DNA of 63,972 nucleotides, the filler included, from Craspedostauros australis (taxonomy: Eukaryota): assembly GCA_030167865.1 (NCBI GenBank). It is 7 parts of 7 records of this genome, joined end to end, with 100 filler letters (N's around TTAATTAATTAA, not from the genome) between each part and the next. Parts side by side here need not be neighbours in the genome. Positions count along the whole stretch, not along the records: positions 1 to 18,528 come from JALAGF010004596.1; positions 18,629 to 50,206 come from JALAGF010004598.1; 5 more parts are not named here. One strand, 5' to 3'. How positions within the stretch are numbered: position 1 is the stretch's first letter; each line of letters opens with the position of its first letter. This document shows, in pieces, positions 11,660-24,464 of the stretch. The notes below the pieces were generated by a model, which worked only from the letters and a program-made list of their open reading frames with translations, made no database searches and had not been told where the DNA came from. Both the position numbers and the translations under genes were made by a program.

Positions 11660-14600
11660 GTTGTGTGGTTGCTGTTGTGTTGATTGTGTTCTGATTGTAT
11701 TGGTTGCGCTTTCTGTGGTTGCGCGCGGTGACGGGATGGAGACGGTTCGCACTCTCTTCTCACTTCGCGTGACTGTGATTGGCTGTGTTGCGATTGGCTG
11801 TGCTGCGATTGGTTGTGCTATTGGTGAAGTGGAGTGAGGTGAAGTGAAGAAGGTGGGAATGATAATGTATGAAGAGATAGAGCACGACCTGGAGTATGTG
11901 AAGTAGACCGGTTTCGTTGAAACTTTGCCTTGCTTTGGGTTGGATTGTGTTTGCGTTTGACTGTGGGTGTGCAGATTCCCTTGAGCGTAGTTGTGTGTGC
12001 TTGTGTGTGCCTTGGTGCTGTTTGTTGTCTGGAGCACGAACTACGGGCGTTGATGAGCTGGACAGGCGCGGTCGAGAGCAGCGGTGGCGGTATCTGTTGC
12101 GGGCAAAGGAGAGCGGGCGAACGATGGAAGTTTGACAAAACGGAATTGAATAAAATGAACTGTGGGAAGAGCAACAACCTCGAAGAAGCTCAACACCTGA
12201 TGATGAATGGATTGTGGTGTGAACGCATCGATGGAGGTTGTTGGTGTGTTTGAATCAATTCGGTTTGCTTTGATTTGTGAGGTTGTTTGTTGCCTCTCTC
12301 CCGGTTCTGATCTTGCTCTTGCTCTGCTGAGCGTTTTCGGAGCTTGTGTGATGGTGACGCTGGTAGTCTTGCGCGTGTTCTCGATCCCACGCGGTCGCGC
12401 CAAAGGTCACAAAATCTCGTCGCGTTCTTCCCTTGGCGGCTTTGCTTGTGGTGGAACAGGGATTGGGGTGTGTTCTGCTTGCTTACTTGCTTGTCACGCG
12501 CTTCGTTGTGGAGTTGTGGAGAGCGCAGATGAGCCCCGCCCAAGCACGAAGCACGAAGGGTGTGGTGGATGGAGAGAAACGGCCAAAGGAACAGCCACAG
12601 ACACAGACACAGAGAGAGAAAGAGGAAGAGCAGAAGGTGGGAAAGTGGAAGGGATGAATGAGTTTGTGTCAACCCGGCTTTCTCACTTCCAACGACGATG
12701 TGAACAGAACTTCGACACAGGTACAACGACGATGACAACGACGACGACGATGACACAGAACCCACCAACGTAACACCATCACAGCAACACAGAACGTCGA
12801 TGTTTGTTGGCAGGAACGGCTCGAGATTCCCTCCTTGGCATTGCATGCGACGCGCCATGCGACATGGGTTCTATAAGAAGCCGGACTGTCTTCCATTGTA
12901 AAACAACCATGTGGTTCCTCCTTTTACGACATTCCATCGTGGTCATCGTACCCGTACACTTCACTACGTGATGTCTCAGCCTGTGACAGCGCTATCCGTT
13001 GCAACATCACATGTGGTGCACAATCGCGACAAAAGCACCCTCGCCCAGTTCGAAATGTGTTGTCGACGACAATTCATTCGTGGTTGTTGATCGCCCTTTC
13101 GCCCTTGTGTTGGGTGCCACCAAAGCGCAGAGCCACGCGACATGATGCGTGGGCGATGTCGATGTCGATGCCGACTTCGGAGGCATTTTGGCGTTGACAC
13201 GCACAAGCACGTCCTGATCGCATTTCAGCACAGCGCCTGTGGGCGTCGGAAAAGTCGCAAGGATGTTAGCAAATGTTCGACAAACGAAGCACCTCTGTGA
13301 CTGGGCGGAACCATCTCCAAGGATAGCTCGAATGGGTGTAGCATTGGAGTTGCACATACACCACCGAATCCGTTGGCGACGTCAATGAGGAATTGCTTTT
13401 TGGCGACATCGCTGACCAGATGCCGAACCTTCGTCACATCTGTCGTAACTTTTCGCCAGAGTCCAGCGAAGTCTGCGTCATGCGCAGTGCGCCATGATGA
13501 ACTTTCGATGATCATCATCCGATGGACGGCATTGGCAGGCATCAGGCTTCACAAAATTTCAATCTAATCTCCTCCTTGGTGGGAGCAATTTGCAAGATGG
13601 AGAGACACACGTCCACAAGAACAACCCCGGTCTCAGAAATTCGCTTTCCTCCCTTGTCTCCAAGATGGACGATCCACGTCCGCAGCAGCGACGATTGCAA
13701 GAACAACCCCAACACCAAAAAAGACGACCTCGGCCATGTGCCGAATCAAGAATCGATGAATGAAGCAAGGATGATGGTTGTCCATGTCCATCACAAGGAC
13801 AGTACGAATCAGCCGAATTTGCAAAAATGACCGTTGAGGATGCCACATGTGCACCAGATGGCCACAAATCAAAGTGCGTCTTGCTTCACAGGAGGAGCAC
13901 AAAGAAGAGAGGAACACAAGGAAGAGATGCAATGGTCATTGCGCAATGCCATCATTCCTTGAATATTACATAGTAATAGTCCTCTGCATTGCTCTGTTCT
14001 ATCACTACGACTATACCCATGTGCATACGCGATAGAGAAGCACTCTTTTGCCCTCCATGGTTCTGCTGCAGAGCAAATACAAGAGCCGATAGATGATGAA
14101 TGGACGAATGAAGGAATGGATGCAAGGATGATGACGACAATTCCGCGCCAAAAACGGCCATGGAGATCTTGCGGTTCCAAGGCACAGGTGTTGAAGGTTC
14201 TCTGTCTGCCTTGCTAGTTTTCGTTTTTGTTGACCTTTGTGGGAGCGTCATCGGAACACAACAGTGTTCAGCTGTGATGTTGGAATGGTGATGTAATACC
14301 ATTCTCGGCATGGTATTATCGTCGGATGATGGCTCAACGTGATGTGCCCATCCTTGATGTAAATGAAAGAGCCCTTGAACCATCCAACAACTACGCCACC
14401 AAAATCTGCTCTATCTGTGGACTCTGATATGCCTCTTGCGCGATGTCATGTGATACGATACGATACGATGTGCAACCAACTACAGTATCCAAGGACAGCC
14501 GCGGCAGCACAGGCACACGAAAAGTAGAACATGCACTCTCTGAGCCATGTGGCCGTGGTCGTGATCTTCCATGTGGGCAAGACCAACAGCCTCTTATTTT

Positions 14601-15951
14601 CTATTTTCGTCCAACGCCGGTGTTGGTGGGCTTGCCACGATCGTTACTCCTTTCGCATTCGTGTTGTTGCACAAAGACGGAGTCGAATCTGCGCTTCACT
14701 GTTCTGTGATCACGAACCAATCCTCACATGTTCCAGAACTTTGGTATTGCCACGCCTTCTCTGAGCAACTAACATTCCCGAAGTGGTCTGATCTGCGGAC
14801 ACCAACAAAGCTCCCTTGCATCGTTCCATCTTTATTGTGACCATTCGTGTGACCATTCGTGTGACCTCCCCCCGTTGGTCTTGCGTGACAGTACAGAGGT
14901 CACAGACACCGACCCAGGACACACTCCAATGCACAAAGAGAGCAACCTCGCCCAATTACGGGATCGAAACCACCTTGATGCCATTCCATTCACATTCAAA
15001 CGAGTGAACATCCCAAAGTCCAAGGGGGGTCACACAAGTGGTTCCTTTCGCGCATGGTGCATGCGTCTCTGTATGCTCCCTGGAGAGAGAGAGAGAGAGA
15101 GAGCATCCCACATAGAACATTTGCATCTGTTTCAATTGGAGTTGCCGTCATTGCCGTCGTCTGTAAGAACAGATGCACTTCTTGCGCTTCGCTCACAGTT
15201 GTGATCCCTTCAGCTGTTTCTGGCGATCAGAATGTCAATAGCACTGTTGGAATACCGGAGCACTGTTTACAGTAAAAGGATGAGGCATGCAACAGCCATC
15301 GCCAATTCAAATCCATCATGTCAACGCAACGATGACCGGCAACTCTTTCTGCTCCATTCAAAGTTGAGTCTGCAACATCTGCTGATTCAAACTCATCTCA
15401 CAGAAATGGAGTCACAGAAGCCTCCGATCTTGGCGATGTGCACAACGCGAATCGATTGCGAATCCCTCATTCCAAGATACTTCAAGTATCTTCATCTGCG
15501 ACGTTGGTGCAAACACGCATTTTGCTGCAACCGGAGAGATCCATCTTCTGCAACATCGTGGTGGGAGGATTGCACTGTCCTTGTGACTGCCCGTCTGCTT
15601 CATCTATCTCCTCGTGGAACAACAATGAGCACTTCACTCTCTCTGCAGGACGGCCTTTGCGTGTGGCATCCACGCACTCGACCCATCCCTCTATTGCTAC
15701 GAGAACAGCACTGTGAGCCCACACCATACATCGACCTTGTTTCTAACATGGCGTTCCGCTGCACGATACTGGAATGTGAGCACAGATGTGAATGATCCCT
15801 TGTTGGATCTGGGTCAAGAGTTCTCGTGAGCTAACGAGTATAGAGCAACACGAAAGAACCTCCGCAAAGGCGAGGAAAAGGAGGAGACTATGGTATTGAT
15901 ACAGAAAGCGTTTTGCATATGATGAGTGTAAACAAGGAACGACCCTGGACA

Positions 15952-17163
15952 TCACCCCTTCATCTTCTGGGCTCGGATCATGTCGTACGACAGGGCGCTG
16001 AAGACCTCCAGCCACGAATCCTTCATCTCTTCTGTGAACTTGTCGCCCAGGGAGGCCTTGACGGCGTGGATCAGCGCGCGGCCCATCGAGGGGAAGTACT
16101 CTGGTTTGACGCCGTAACCCATGTGCTTCTTGCCAAGATCTAGCAGAATCTCTGTCAGCAGCTCGATGTCTGGCCCCAGCATCCCCAACGCCTTGTCGAT
16201 CATCTGGATGAAATACCTGGCGTGCTTCACAAAACGGGCACTTTTGGATAATTCCTCGTTTACATTCGCATCTCTCTGAAAGCCAAAGATCACCTTCGAT
16301 TCTGGTTCGAGTTCGAAGAGTCTGGAGTATGGGTGGTGGTGTTTGTTGGTGTTGTGTGTTGGCACATGTACGATGGAGTGAAAGAGAAAGAGTTGCAACA
16401 ACATTAGCACGGAAAGTTAGAAACCAAATGGTGATGTGATGGTGATGTCGATGCACGCATACATGTGGGTCCACCACCTGCCACCTCAACCCATCAGGCA
16501 ACAAACGTAGTCGTGTGGTGTGCTGCAACCGTCCACAAGAGGAAGCCCATCGGGTTAACCGCAGATGCCGAGTCGATCGTTTGGCAGTGATGGCGATACC
16601 CCACGTGTGCCAACTCAATGGTGCGCATTGATCGCTGGCATGAATGTGCTTGCTCCGCGGCGTTGTGCGTCAATGCCTGGGTGGCAGAGATACTCGCGTG
16701 GTTCAGCTGTATCTGCGATGGGAAGGGAGAACGACGCAGCAGAGACTGATGGCTGCGTGGAGGGGCTCGTGCTGCGCATTGTCACTTGATGGCTGAGTAC
16801 CGTTGCCACCAATGTCTCCGACAAATACGCATCTTGTTGGCTGACCGGTTCGTTCGCTGCCGCTCTGACCTCTTGTCCATCACCCACGCCCACATCCACG
16901 CCAACGATCAAACAAAGCCATCATGGTGGTCATCATCAATCAATCAATCTGGTTGCAGGGCCACAAGCAGAGATACACACAAACAGAGATACACACGTAC
17001 ACGTACACACAAAACATACTGCATGACGGCACTGATCCGAGCGGATGACTTACTTTTGGAACAACAGAACGCCAGTCTGCTCTTCGTAGTTCGGAATTCG
17101 TCGGATGTCCTCCCAACTGTCAATGACAGAGGACACCGTTGTGTAGGACATGTCGGCCACCAT
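15952..17163 (-). CDS. Single-domain 3/3 globin, neuroglobin-like (159 aa); 2 exons
   Basis: Exon 1 17163-17054 (MVADMSYTTVSSVIDSWEDIRRIPNYEEQTGVLLFQK, too short for the ORF track), intron 17053-16322 (GTAAGT...CAG, phase 2), exon 2 16321-15952. A-helix SW, C2 Pro, CD1 Phe, distal His in FVKHA, proximal His in LGKKHMGYGV. Confidence 0.93.
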
Positions 17164-18528
17164 GTTGAAATCGTCGTCGTTTCACTTCGTAGCAGGAGGT
17201 ATCTCTCGTTTGTAGTTGTTGTGGTTGTGATGAGTGTTCTCAAGAGGATTCCGTCCGAGGGCTGTGTGCCTCAATGCGTTGCGTTGTGCTGTGTTGCGTC
17301 GTGTTGCGTTCTGGTCTATTGCCTCGATCGCAGTTTGTGCAAAAAGCCGTCAATCAGACAGTTATGTCGGAACTGAGCGGAGATGAAGCGAGCAATGGAA
17401 ATGCAAGTTGTGGCTACCTAGCTGGCTGGCTGTTGCTGTGCTGACCACTTCTCGAATGGATGGTGGTGGAGAAAGAGCTGTGGAAATGTCACGGGAGGCT
17501 GTATTGTGCGTGCGCTCTCGTTGAGACAGGGCGATGTCTTGTGCTTTGCTTTGTTGTGGGCCAGTGGCGCGACGCGATACGGCGCAGAGGTCCAAGGCGA
17601 TGTTTGCGTTGAAGTATGATAGCCAGTGTACCTGCCACAATACGAATACGGTCAGGATCGGATGCGAGACCAGAAATTGGTTTGCTGTCTGACAAGGTCT
17701 GCAAAGTATGATCTTGCGCAAGGACGAGGGATGGAAGTTGCGGCGGTCGACGCGGTGTCGATGGGATCGTGGTGTGTGAATAAGTCTTTTTTTAGTGTGT
17801 TGTTGAGACGAACTGCAGAAGGATGTGTGATGTTGGGTCTCCGAATGGGATGCGACGTGGTGGGGCGCTCTGTTTGATTGTTCTGCTCACTCCTTGGGGA
17901 AGGGAAGAGAAGCGAGGAGGAGGAGGAGGAGACGATGTGTCCACTCTGTCGATGTGGGTGTGGGTGCGGGTGCGGATGTGGTCTCTTGAACAGAGGCGCG
18001 GATTTGGGTTGAGGAATGGCTTGTGTGAAAGAGGTGGTGGTGCGAGTATGTGGGAATACGGATGCGAACGATCAGGCAAGCGAAGAGTGGCACAAGACGC
18101 GCTACTCGCATTGTCGCTGAAAGCACCGCAAAGGGAACCATTCCGCACATCAACGGGCACGCAATGCCTCTTTGATGCTTCTCGGCTAAACTCTGGTTCT
18201 GGTGAAACGCTTGCTGCTCCGCCTCCCGCATTCTTCCGCGAAGCGGAGTGAGGGTGATCATTGTGATACATTCTGCTGCAGCGTAAGAGACGCTCTGGTG
18301 GCTTTTTGATCTCGCCGTATCCTTGAGGGGTCACACTGGAGGGGTTCGAGTGGCCCCAGAACTTGGGTACTGAGACACACCAGGATGACTCAATGCCAGG
18401 GGGAGCCCCGCAATAGAGACTGGTCTGGTCACAATGGAGACAGCCACTTTCGTGAGGATTAGGGTCTTTCCAATGCCCATGTGACGTCACGATTCGCTTT
18501 CTTCCTTTCCTGTCGCCCACACTGTTTC

Positions 18529-18628
18529 NNNNNNNNNNNNNNNNNNNNNNNNNNNNNNNNNNNNNNNNNNNNTTAATTAATTAANNNNNNNNNNNNNNNN
18601 NNNNNNNNNNNNNNNNNNNNNNNNNNNN
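18529..18628. other. Artificial contig linker (44 N + TTAATTAATTAA + 44 N)
   Basis: The same 100-nt block with stops in all six frames recurs at 50207-50306, 53509-53608, 58729-58828, 60458-60557 and 62734-62833. Adjacency across these linkers is not biological. Confidence 0.97.
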
Positions 18629-18880
18629 AGAACTCTGCCTCATTGTCATCGCTGACACAGCCTGCTGCTTGCCGCCCAGTGTGTCCATGTACTTGGAGGT
18701 GTAGGCGGAGGCGTAGCCGGTGGGCGATGATGCTGCCGATGATGCTGCCGATGACGACATGGAGCTTGGTGATGGCGCAGAGTTGCGGCCATACTGGTGA
18801 CCGGTCTTGCGTTCAATGCCGGACGTGGAGGAGGAGGACCGTGAAGCCTTGCTGGTGAATGGGAATCTGTTGTTTTCCAT
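18629..18880 (-). CDS. 5' fragment of a Ser-rich hypothetical protein truncated by the contig end
   Basis: ATG at 18880 after an A/C-rich leader; reads MENNRFPFTSKASRSSSSTSG... and stays open to the linker. Confidence 0.4.
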
Positions 18881-20423
18881 CGATTTGTGTTGTCTTCTGT
18901 TGCCTTGTATTGTGTTGTTTTGGGAATGATCTGCTCTGTTGCTTCGTTCAATCGTTCAATCGTTCAATCGTTCAATCGCACAATGATCGATGCTCAATGT
19001 TGAATGTTGAATGGACGGCCTGTTGCGACGAACGTGATTGCCGATGGCACAGTATCCAATGTCCAATGTCCAATATCCAATGGTGGATCTACTCTCTCTC
19101 TCTCTCCAGCAATTCTTGAGGCAACGGGCTGATGCAATGCGATACAACACTGAGGTTGATGTTGATGATGGTGTTGCCGTTGCGATTGTTGCGCCTGCCA
19201 GAGGAAATGGCCGTCGGTGGTTCTCAATCCACGACGGAAAAAAGTGCCGGGGATGGTGATGACAGTGAGTTCGTTGCCACCACCATGCACGCGATGCAGA
19301 TGGCACCAATCATCCTCTTTTGATGCATCAATGATGCCATTGCTGCCATTGCTGTGATTCTTCTGGTTGCGGCTGTCTCTGTGGTTGGGCGATCAATGAG
19401 TGAGGAGCCAAGTCAACCAGCCGATAGTGTTCGAAGTCTCTCTCTCGAAGCAGAGAGAGCAACGAGAGAGAGAGAGAGTGTTGGCATACGTACTCTGTGG
19501 ATAGACACTTGATGGTGACAGTGATCATCATGTGAGCGTTGCGGTTGTGACGACCCGTATCAGTATTCTGCAGCGATGTCTGCAACGCCACCACCGTCAC
19601 CATGGCCATCGTCATCGCCACAGAACGAATCCTCTCACACATGCTCCGTGTTGATCAAAAGACTGATGGTTGATTCATTCGCCACAGAATTCGCAATGAT
19701 TGGGTGGAGCGAGATGAGTCCTGGATACGTTTGTTGTCGATTGAAACACGAGTGGTGTCATCATCGTCGTCATCGTCACCATCATCCTCTCGACAAAACA
19801 CGAGAAACGCCTCTGATGTCCACCGAAGAAGTCGTCGTGGGTGGGCTCCTCGCGCCGCAGAGGATTCGTCACATCGTAGATCCGCCCATTGGAGTCGTTC
19901 GATGACATCCAACTGCCGAAGAACTGTATCGATCGGAGTATAATAATAGAATAGTATCGTGTTTGACTCCCCCAAGACCATCACAGAGGGATGTACTATA
20001 CTCATATTACACGATCAATGGTGTCACATGAAGAAGCACAACTGCACAGTGTGGCCAAGTTGGGCACGATCGAAGGTCGTATCGTGTGAGCGAGCGAGCT
20101 AGCCAGCCTCGGATCGTGATGTGGCTGTCCACGGTCGCACCACACCAGCCATACCATACCATACCATACCATACCATATGATACACCGTGGTGGAACTAC
20201 GCAAGTCCATGTAGGCGTGTTGGTTGACGACATGTTGCTTCGTGATCAATGCACAGGATCATGAAATGGAGGACAGCAACCTTGAGCAGATGAGCTCATA
20301 ATCGCCATCCAAGCGCAACTGATTTGGGACAACATACTCTGCCTGCTCTACCTACTCTACTCATAAAGTGCACCACCAACAGGGACGACCACCAACAGCA
20401 ACAACAGCGACAACAAGAAAAGG

Positions 20424-21707
20424 ATGAACCGCAACATGGATGATGTCGCGAACACCAATACCAACAGCGATCATGGTTCAGACTTCAAGACTTTCTGGAA
20501 ACAGCTCCATGGAAAAGAGCTGTCGCCGAAGATCGTGTTCAATGTGCAGCGCCTACTAGCGAAGCGGATTGACTGTTACAGTGTCACACCCAAGCGGATG
20601 GAATACTGGGACATGGCCATCGAAGCGGGATTCACCTTTGATGACTTGGAATCGATGAAGCGGTCGCACAAGTACTTTGCTTTATCACCTCATGTTCTAC
20701 TGAGTGATCGGTTTCGCTATGGATGCGGGCAGATGCGCATTCGATCCCTGAATCTGGAATTTGGCAACCTTGGCCAATTTGGAGAAGAAGATAAGCAAGC
20801 AATTCGCTTCGTACTTCGATTGGCTGTCGAACACCCACGCACATCTTCGTTCGAGAAACGCATCTGCTGGACTCCATGCTTCGTGAAGATGAAGCAGCTC
20901 CACGATATCCCTCTTGTGGCACATTGTGCGGATTTGCGGTTGTGTAATCTTGTTGGGTGCGACACGTTCATGTTCAACATCTCACAAAACTCGAAATTGG
21001 TTGTGTTCAATTGCTGCAAGCTCGTCAATGGGGGCGCTGATTTGTGCAGATGGCTGTCTCCAGACAATTGCAGCCTCACCGAAGTATCCTTTTTAGGCAC
21101 CCGTATCACTTGTGATAGCTTGGCAAAGCTATTCCAGTCAAACAAGCGCATCAACAAGCTGGAAATCTCGTCATGTCAGGTCTACAACGGACAACACATC
21201 GGCCAGATGATCAAACTCCTTTCAGGTGCATCACACCTGAAGAAGCTCAGTGTTTCTGGTATTTGGAATAGGTCATCGCGACAAGGGCAGATGACGGGGT
21301 TCGACGCATTGATATCGCTCCTGGGAAACAAGAGCTTGTCATCTCTCGCATGCTACGACTTCTTGAATCCTGGCATATTTGAGGTTCCGCCTGAGACCCT
21401 CTTGGCACAAATGGAAGCACTTCAGCAAGCCTTGGAGGAGACTACCCAACTCACCTATCTCGACATTTATCCATGCCCGCCCGACGAGCATGCCCGTGTG
21501 TACAAGGCACTTGTTGAACGTATCTTGTGGCGAAATCATCGCAACAACGTGAGAGCAGTGCTGCGTTCCCTTCCGACATGGTCGCGGCCACTGGCTCTGT
21601 TTGGGAAGATGCTGACGACAAGAAGCCGACGTTGGGGTACAATGGATCTCACGAATGAGACTTTCCATCTTCTGTTGCAGTGCAGTGAGATGTTGAAGCA
21701 GGCATGA
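20424..21707 (+). CDS. RNI-like leucine-rich-repeat protein (427 aa), diatom expanded-family type
   Basis: Degenerate LxxLxL repeats (LTEVSF, INKLEI, LKKLSV, LSSLAC, LTYLDI) and the usual C-terminal cap (ILWRNHRNNVRAVL...W...FHLL). Single exon. Confidence 0.7.
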   Translation: MNRNMDDVANTNTNSDHGSDFKTFWKQLHGKELSPKIVFNVQRLLAKRIDCYSVTPKRMEYWDMAIEAGFTFDDLESMKRSHKYFALSPHVLLSDRFRYGCGQMRIRSLNLEFGNLGQFGEEDKQAIRFVLRLAVEHPRTSSFEKRICWTPCFVKMKQLHDIPLVAHCADLRLCNLVGCDTFMFNISQNSKLVVFNCCKLVNGGADLCRWLSPDNCSLTEVSFLGTRITCDSLAKLFQSNKRINKLEISSCQVYNGQHIGQMIKLLSGASHLKKLSVSGIWNRSSRQGQMTGFDALISLLGNKSLSSLACYDFLNPGIFEVPPETLLAQMEALQQALEETTQLTYLDIYPCPPDEHARVYKALVERILWRNHRNNVRAVLRSLPTWSRPLALFGKMLTTRSRRWGTMDLTNETFHLLLQCSEMLKQA

Positions 21708-22057
21708 AATGACAAGAGAGCGGGTCAGCTCGTCCAAGTTGAGAAGGATCCCACTGCCCACGAGAAGAACTAGCAAAGACAAGATGTCGCCTCGAATAGA
21801 TCAAAGCGCTTCTGCCAGAGCATCGGGGGTAATAGCGGACTGGCCACACTCGTGAAAGCGACGAAGCTTCCACTCGACAGTTTGCAAAGCAAGGCGGAGT
21901 GCACCGATGACTGAGATAGTACGAGCACGTTCCATGTCACGCATACAATAGGATACTGTGCAGTCTTACTCCGAATAATTATAATGCGTTGGTTGAGCAT
22001 GAACGTACTCGATGCATTTGTACTCGTGGCCGTGGCACAGAAAAAGGGAGATGGTTG

Positions 22058-22058
22058 G

Positions 22059-22100
<42 letters not shown>
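22058..22100. repeat. (GATT)n microsatellite
   Basis: About ten perfect tandem GATT units. Confidence 0.9.
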
Positions 22101-22102
<2 letters not shown>

Positions 22103-22270
22103 GGGGAATTCGTTTGTGATTGCGAATGTGATTGTGATTGCGTGTTGTGGTCGGTGAGAAGCATGGAATGTCTGGATCGTACAAGTATGGCTGGTCCATC
22201 AACAGCAAGCGAAAGCCGTCCACAGAACCTATCTGCACCACAGCGCGACTTCACACCGCTCCACACATTC

Positions 22271-22980
22271 TCATGTCCTCAGAACAGCAGCATCCAACAA
22301 GATCTTCTTCACAACGCCCATCTTGTCCATGTTGAAGAAGAAAACATCCCGTAACTTGGTCAACGGTCCTGACGAGGCCTTCAGGTATCCCAGCAGACCA
22401 ATCAGCCTTGGCTGTGGTGGTTGTGATGTCCATGATGGTCGTGGTGGTGAACCATAGCTTGGCCTTGTATTCTGTTTGCGGGATGTCTTCGAGGCTGTTC
22501 CCACCATTGGCTTGTTCATCATACTGCATTGTATTGCCGAATGGCGTTGACCAGACAGTAGGCGTCTTGGATGGCCTGATTGGCGCTCTGTTCCAGGAAT
22601 GGTGGAATGGTGTGCGCCGCATCACCACAGACAGTCAGGACGGCGGCCTTGCCTGCGCTGGTGCTTCCATTGCGGTTGCGGTTGTGGTTGCCGTTGGTGG
22701 CCACCATCGCCTTGGTCCATCGCGCAAAGGGATTGTGGAGGTAGATCCCCAACTCGAAGAAATGATCGGCATTGTCGATGAGTCGATCGATGATGAACCT
22801 TGTGGTGTGTGGGGATCTTGGCATCATCGATCTGCTGTCGCATCTGCTGCTGGATGCGTTTGGCCTCGGATGATGCCTTGCAAGCGACGTTGTTGTCGTT
22901 GGTGTCGGTATTGCTGATGTTCTTGAAAGCATGCGCCAAGAAGAGACCGGCGATGCCACCACCGATGACTGCGTCTCTCT
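22271..22980 (-). pseudogene. FAD-dependent monooxygenase (flavoprotein hydroxylase) pseudogene
   Basis: The Rossmann motif AVIGGGIAGL (~22970), the GD motif CGDAAHTIPPFLEQSANQAIQDAYCL (~22560-22630) and a C-terminal LRDVFFFNMDKMGVVKKILL segment are separated by frameshifts and stops. The central DG region is missing. Confidence 0.8.
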
Positions 22981-23570
22981 CTTGGTTCACATCATAGTTG
23001 TACATCGAGCAACGATGTTCGACAACCAAATGAGGATGTTCGTTTATTGACGAGCGGCATGTTCCACGACTGTCTGCAAAATGCGGCAAATCGACCATCT
23101 CCACGATCACAATTTGAACAAAGACCAGGCAGAAAGTATGTCCCCGCCTGTAACGGATCGAATCTCAACCGATGTGTCGCGTCATGTTCGCTAAACGAAA
23201 AATGAAGCCCAAGCAGTGTTGATCCAGGTTGGGTGGTACCACGTCAGACTAGAGGACACTCTCCTTTGTGTGCTGTAGACCGAAGGACTGTTGATCCATC
23301 GGCAATCTTTTCCTTTGCCAGCCCCGTTTTCTAGGGGGGCAACGTCGATTGATCATTCGCAGATGGATCCATGTGAATTAGGCTCGCCACTCCAGTTCAC
23401 TACACTACGCTGCACAACATCATGTGGCATGCCCGCTTGTTATTGTTGCACTCCTTTCCGCCCCTTGATCGAGACATCATCTCATGCGCAAGCATGGTGT
23501 GGACATGGAAGGTACCATCCTGCTCTTACGTACGACGCCATCAGATACGGCCGTTTCATTCGTCGTGGTT

Positions 23571-24464
23571 TCACTCGTCCGATTCATCCCAATCCAGATA
23601 GTGCGCCCTGCTGCCACCAAAGGCCTCTGGTAGATTCTCCTGAGAGATGTGCTGATAGAGTCGACAGCGTTCATTCTCATTCTTCAACGGATTGATGATG
23701 TCCATCTTGTCGCAAACGCGCTTGGGCAAGAAGGGCCGCGCCATCTTCCAGATGAGATGAAAGATGAGCGGCGGAAAGCAAATGTAGATCGTTTCCAACA
23801 TCTGCGGGTAGGCATCTTCCGTCAGCGCCATGGCGTCGCCGTCGCGCCTCATTCCTTCGCGCGGCAACGACGTGATGCCCAACCCCTCGATGCTGACCAA
23901 CCGCACGGACTTGGTCATGCGGCCCGTCGTGCGCGTGATGTAATCCAGCCATTGGTGCGTCCATTCCGCCACGTACATGTAGGCGAGGTTCCATTCCTCG
24001 ACGGTGATATTCTTCAGCATCGGCTTGTAGTCCATGGCCGTGAGGTTGACGAATCCGACGACGCCGCGCCGTCGGTCCGGCACGGTGAAGCGCGCGCAGT
24101 CGACGTTGAAGTGCTTGGCGTAGTTGTCCAACGGCGGTTGCGTGTTCTTGTGCGGCGGCGTGCTGCGGATGTCGGTGTCATCGAGGTTGTACTTCTTGCG
24201 CAGCAGGAGGGTGGTCTTGGCGGCCTGGATGGCCGGTTTGCTCTTCTTGTGCGTCATGAGGAATCGAAGGATCCACAGATCATCGTGCTTCGTGGCGTCG
24301 TAGAGCGGGTCGTTCTGCAGCTCGGCCTTGACCTTGTCGATCTTCTGCCGGTGTTTCTGGATCAGATCGGTCACCAACGGTCGCACATCCTGCGCAGTCA
24401 CAGGATCGATGGGTTGCGACGTGATGGCTTCGTCGACGCCTTGCATCCATGGCCATGAAGACAT
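23571..24464 (-). CDS. CRAL-TRIO (Sec14-like) lipid-binding protein, paralog 1 (297 aa)
   Basis: DDLWILRFL (CRAL-N), YPQMLETIYICFPP, W..ARPFLPKR and ENLPEAFGG motifs; strong GC3 bias. Confidence 0.92.
   Translation of the reverse strand: MSSWPWMQGVDEAITSQPIDPVTAQDVRPLVTDLIQKHRQKIDKVKAELQNDPLYDATKHDDLWILRFLMTHKKSKPAIQAAKTTLLLRKKYNLDDTDIRSTPPHKNTQPPLDNYAKHFNVDCARFTVPDRRRGVVGFVNLTAMDYKPMLKNITVEEWNLAYMYVAEWTHQWLDYITRTTGRMTKSVRLVSIEGLGITSLPREGMRRDGDAMALTEDAYPQMLETIYICFPPLIFHLIWKMARPFLPKRVCDKMDIINPLKNENERCRLYQHISQENLPEAFGGSRAHYLDWDESDE

Noticed and set aside
13007..15795. Short ORFs between the 580-aa gene and the globin
   Set aside because: They overlap on both strands with no recognisable family or coding bias.
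18573..18584. Recurrent palindrome TTAATTAATTAA as a biological motif
   Set aside because: It is always centred in 44+44 N, so it is an artificial six-frame-stop contig spacer.
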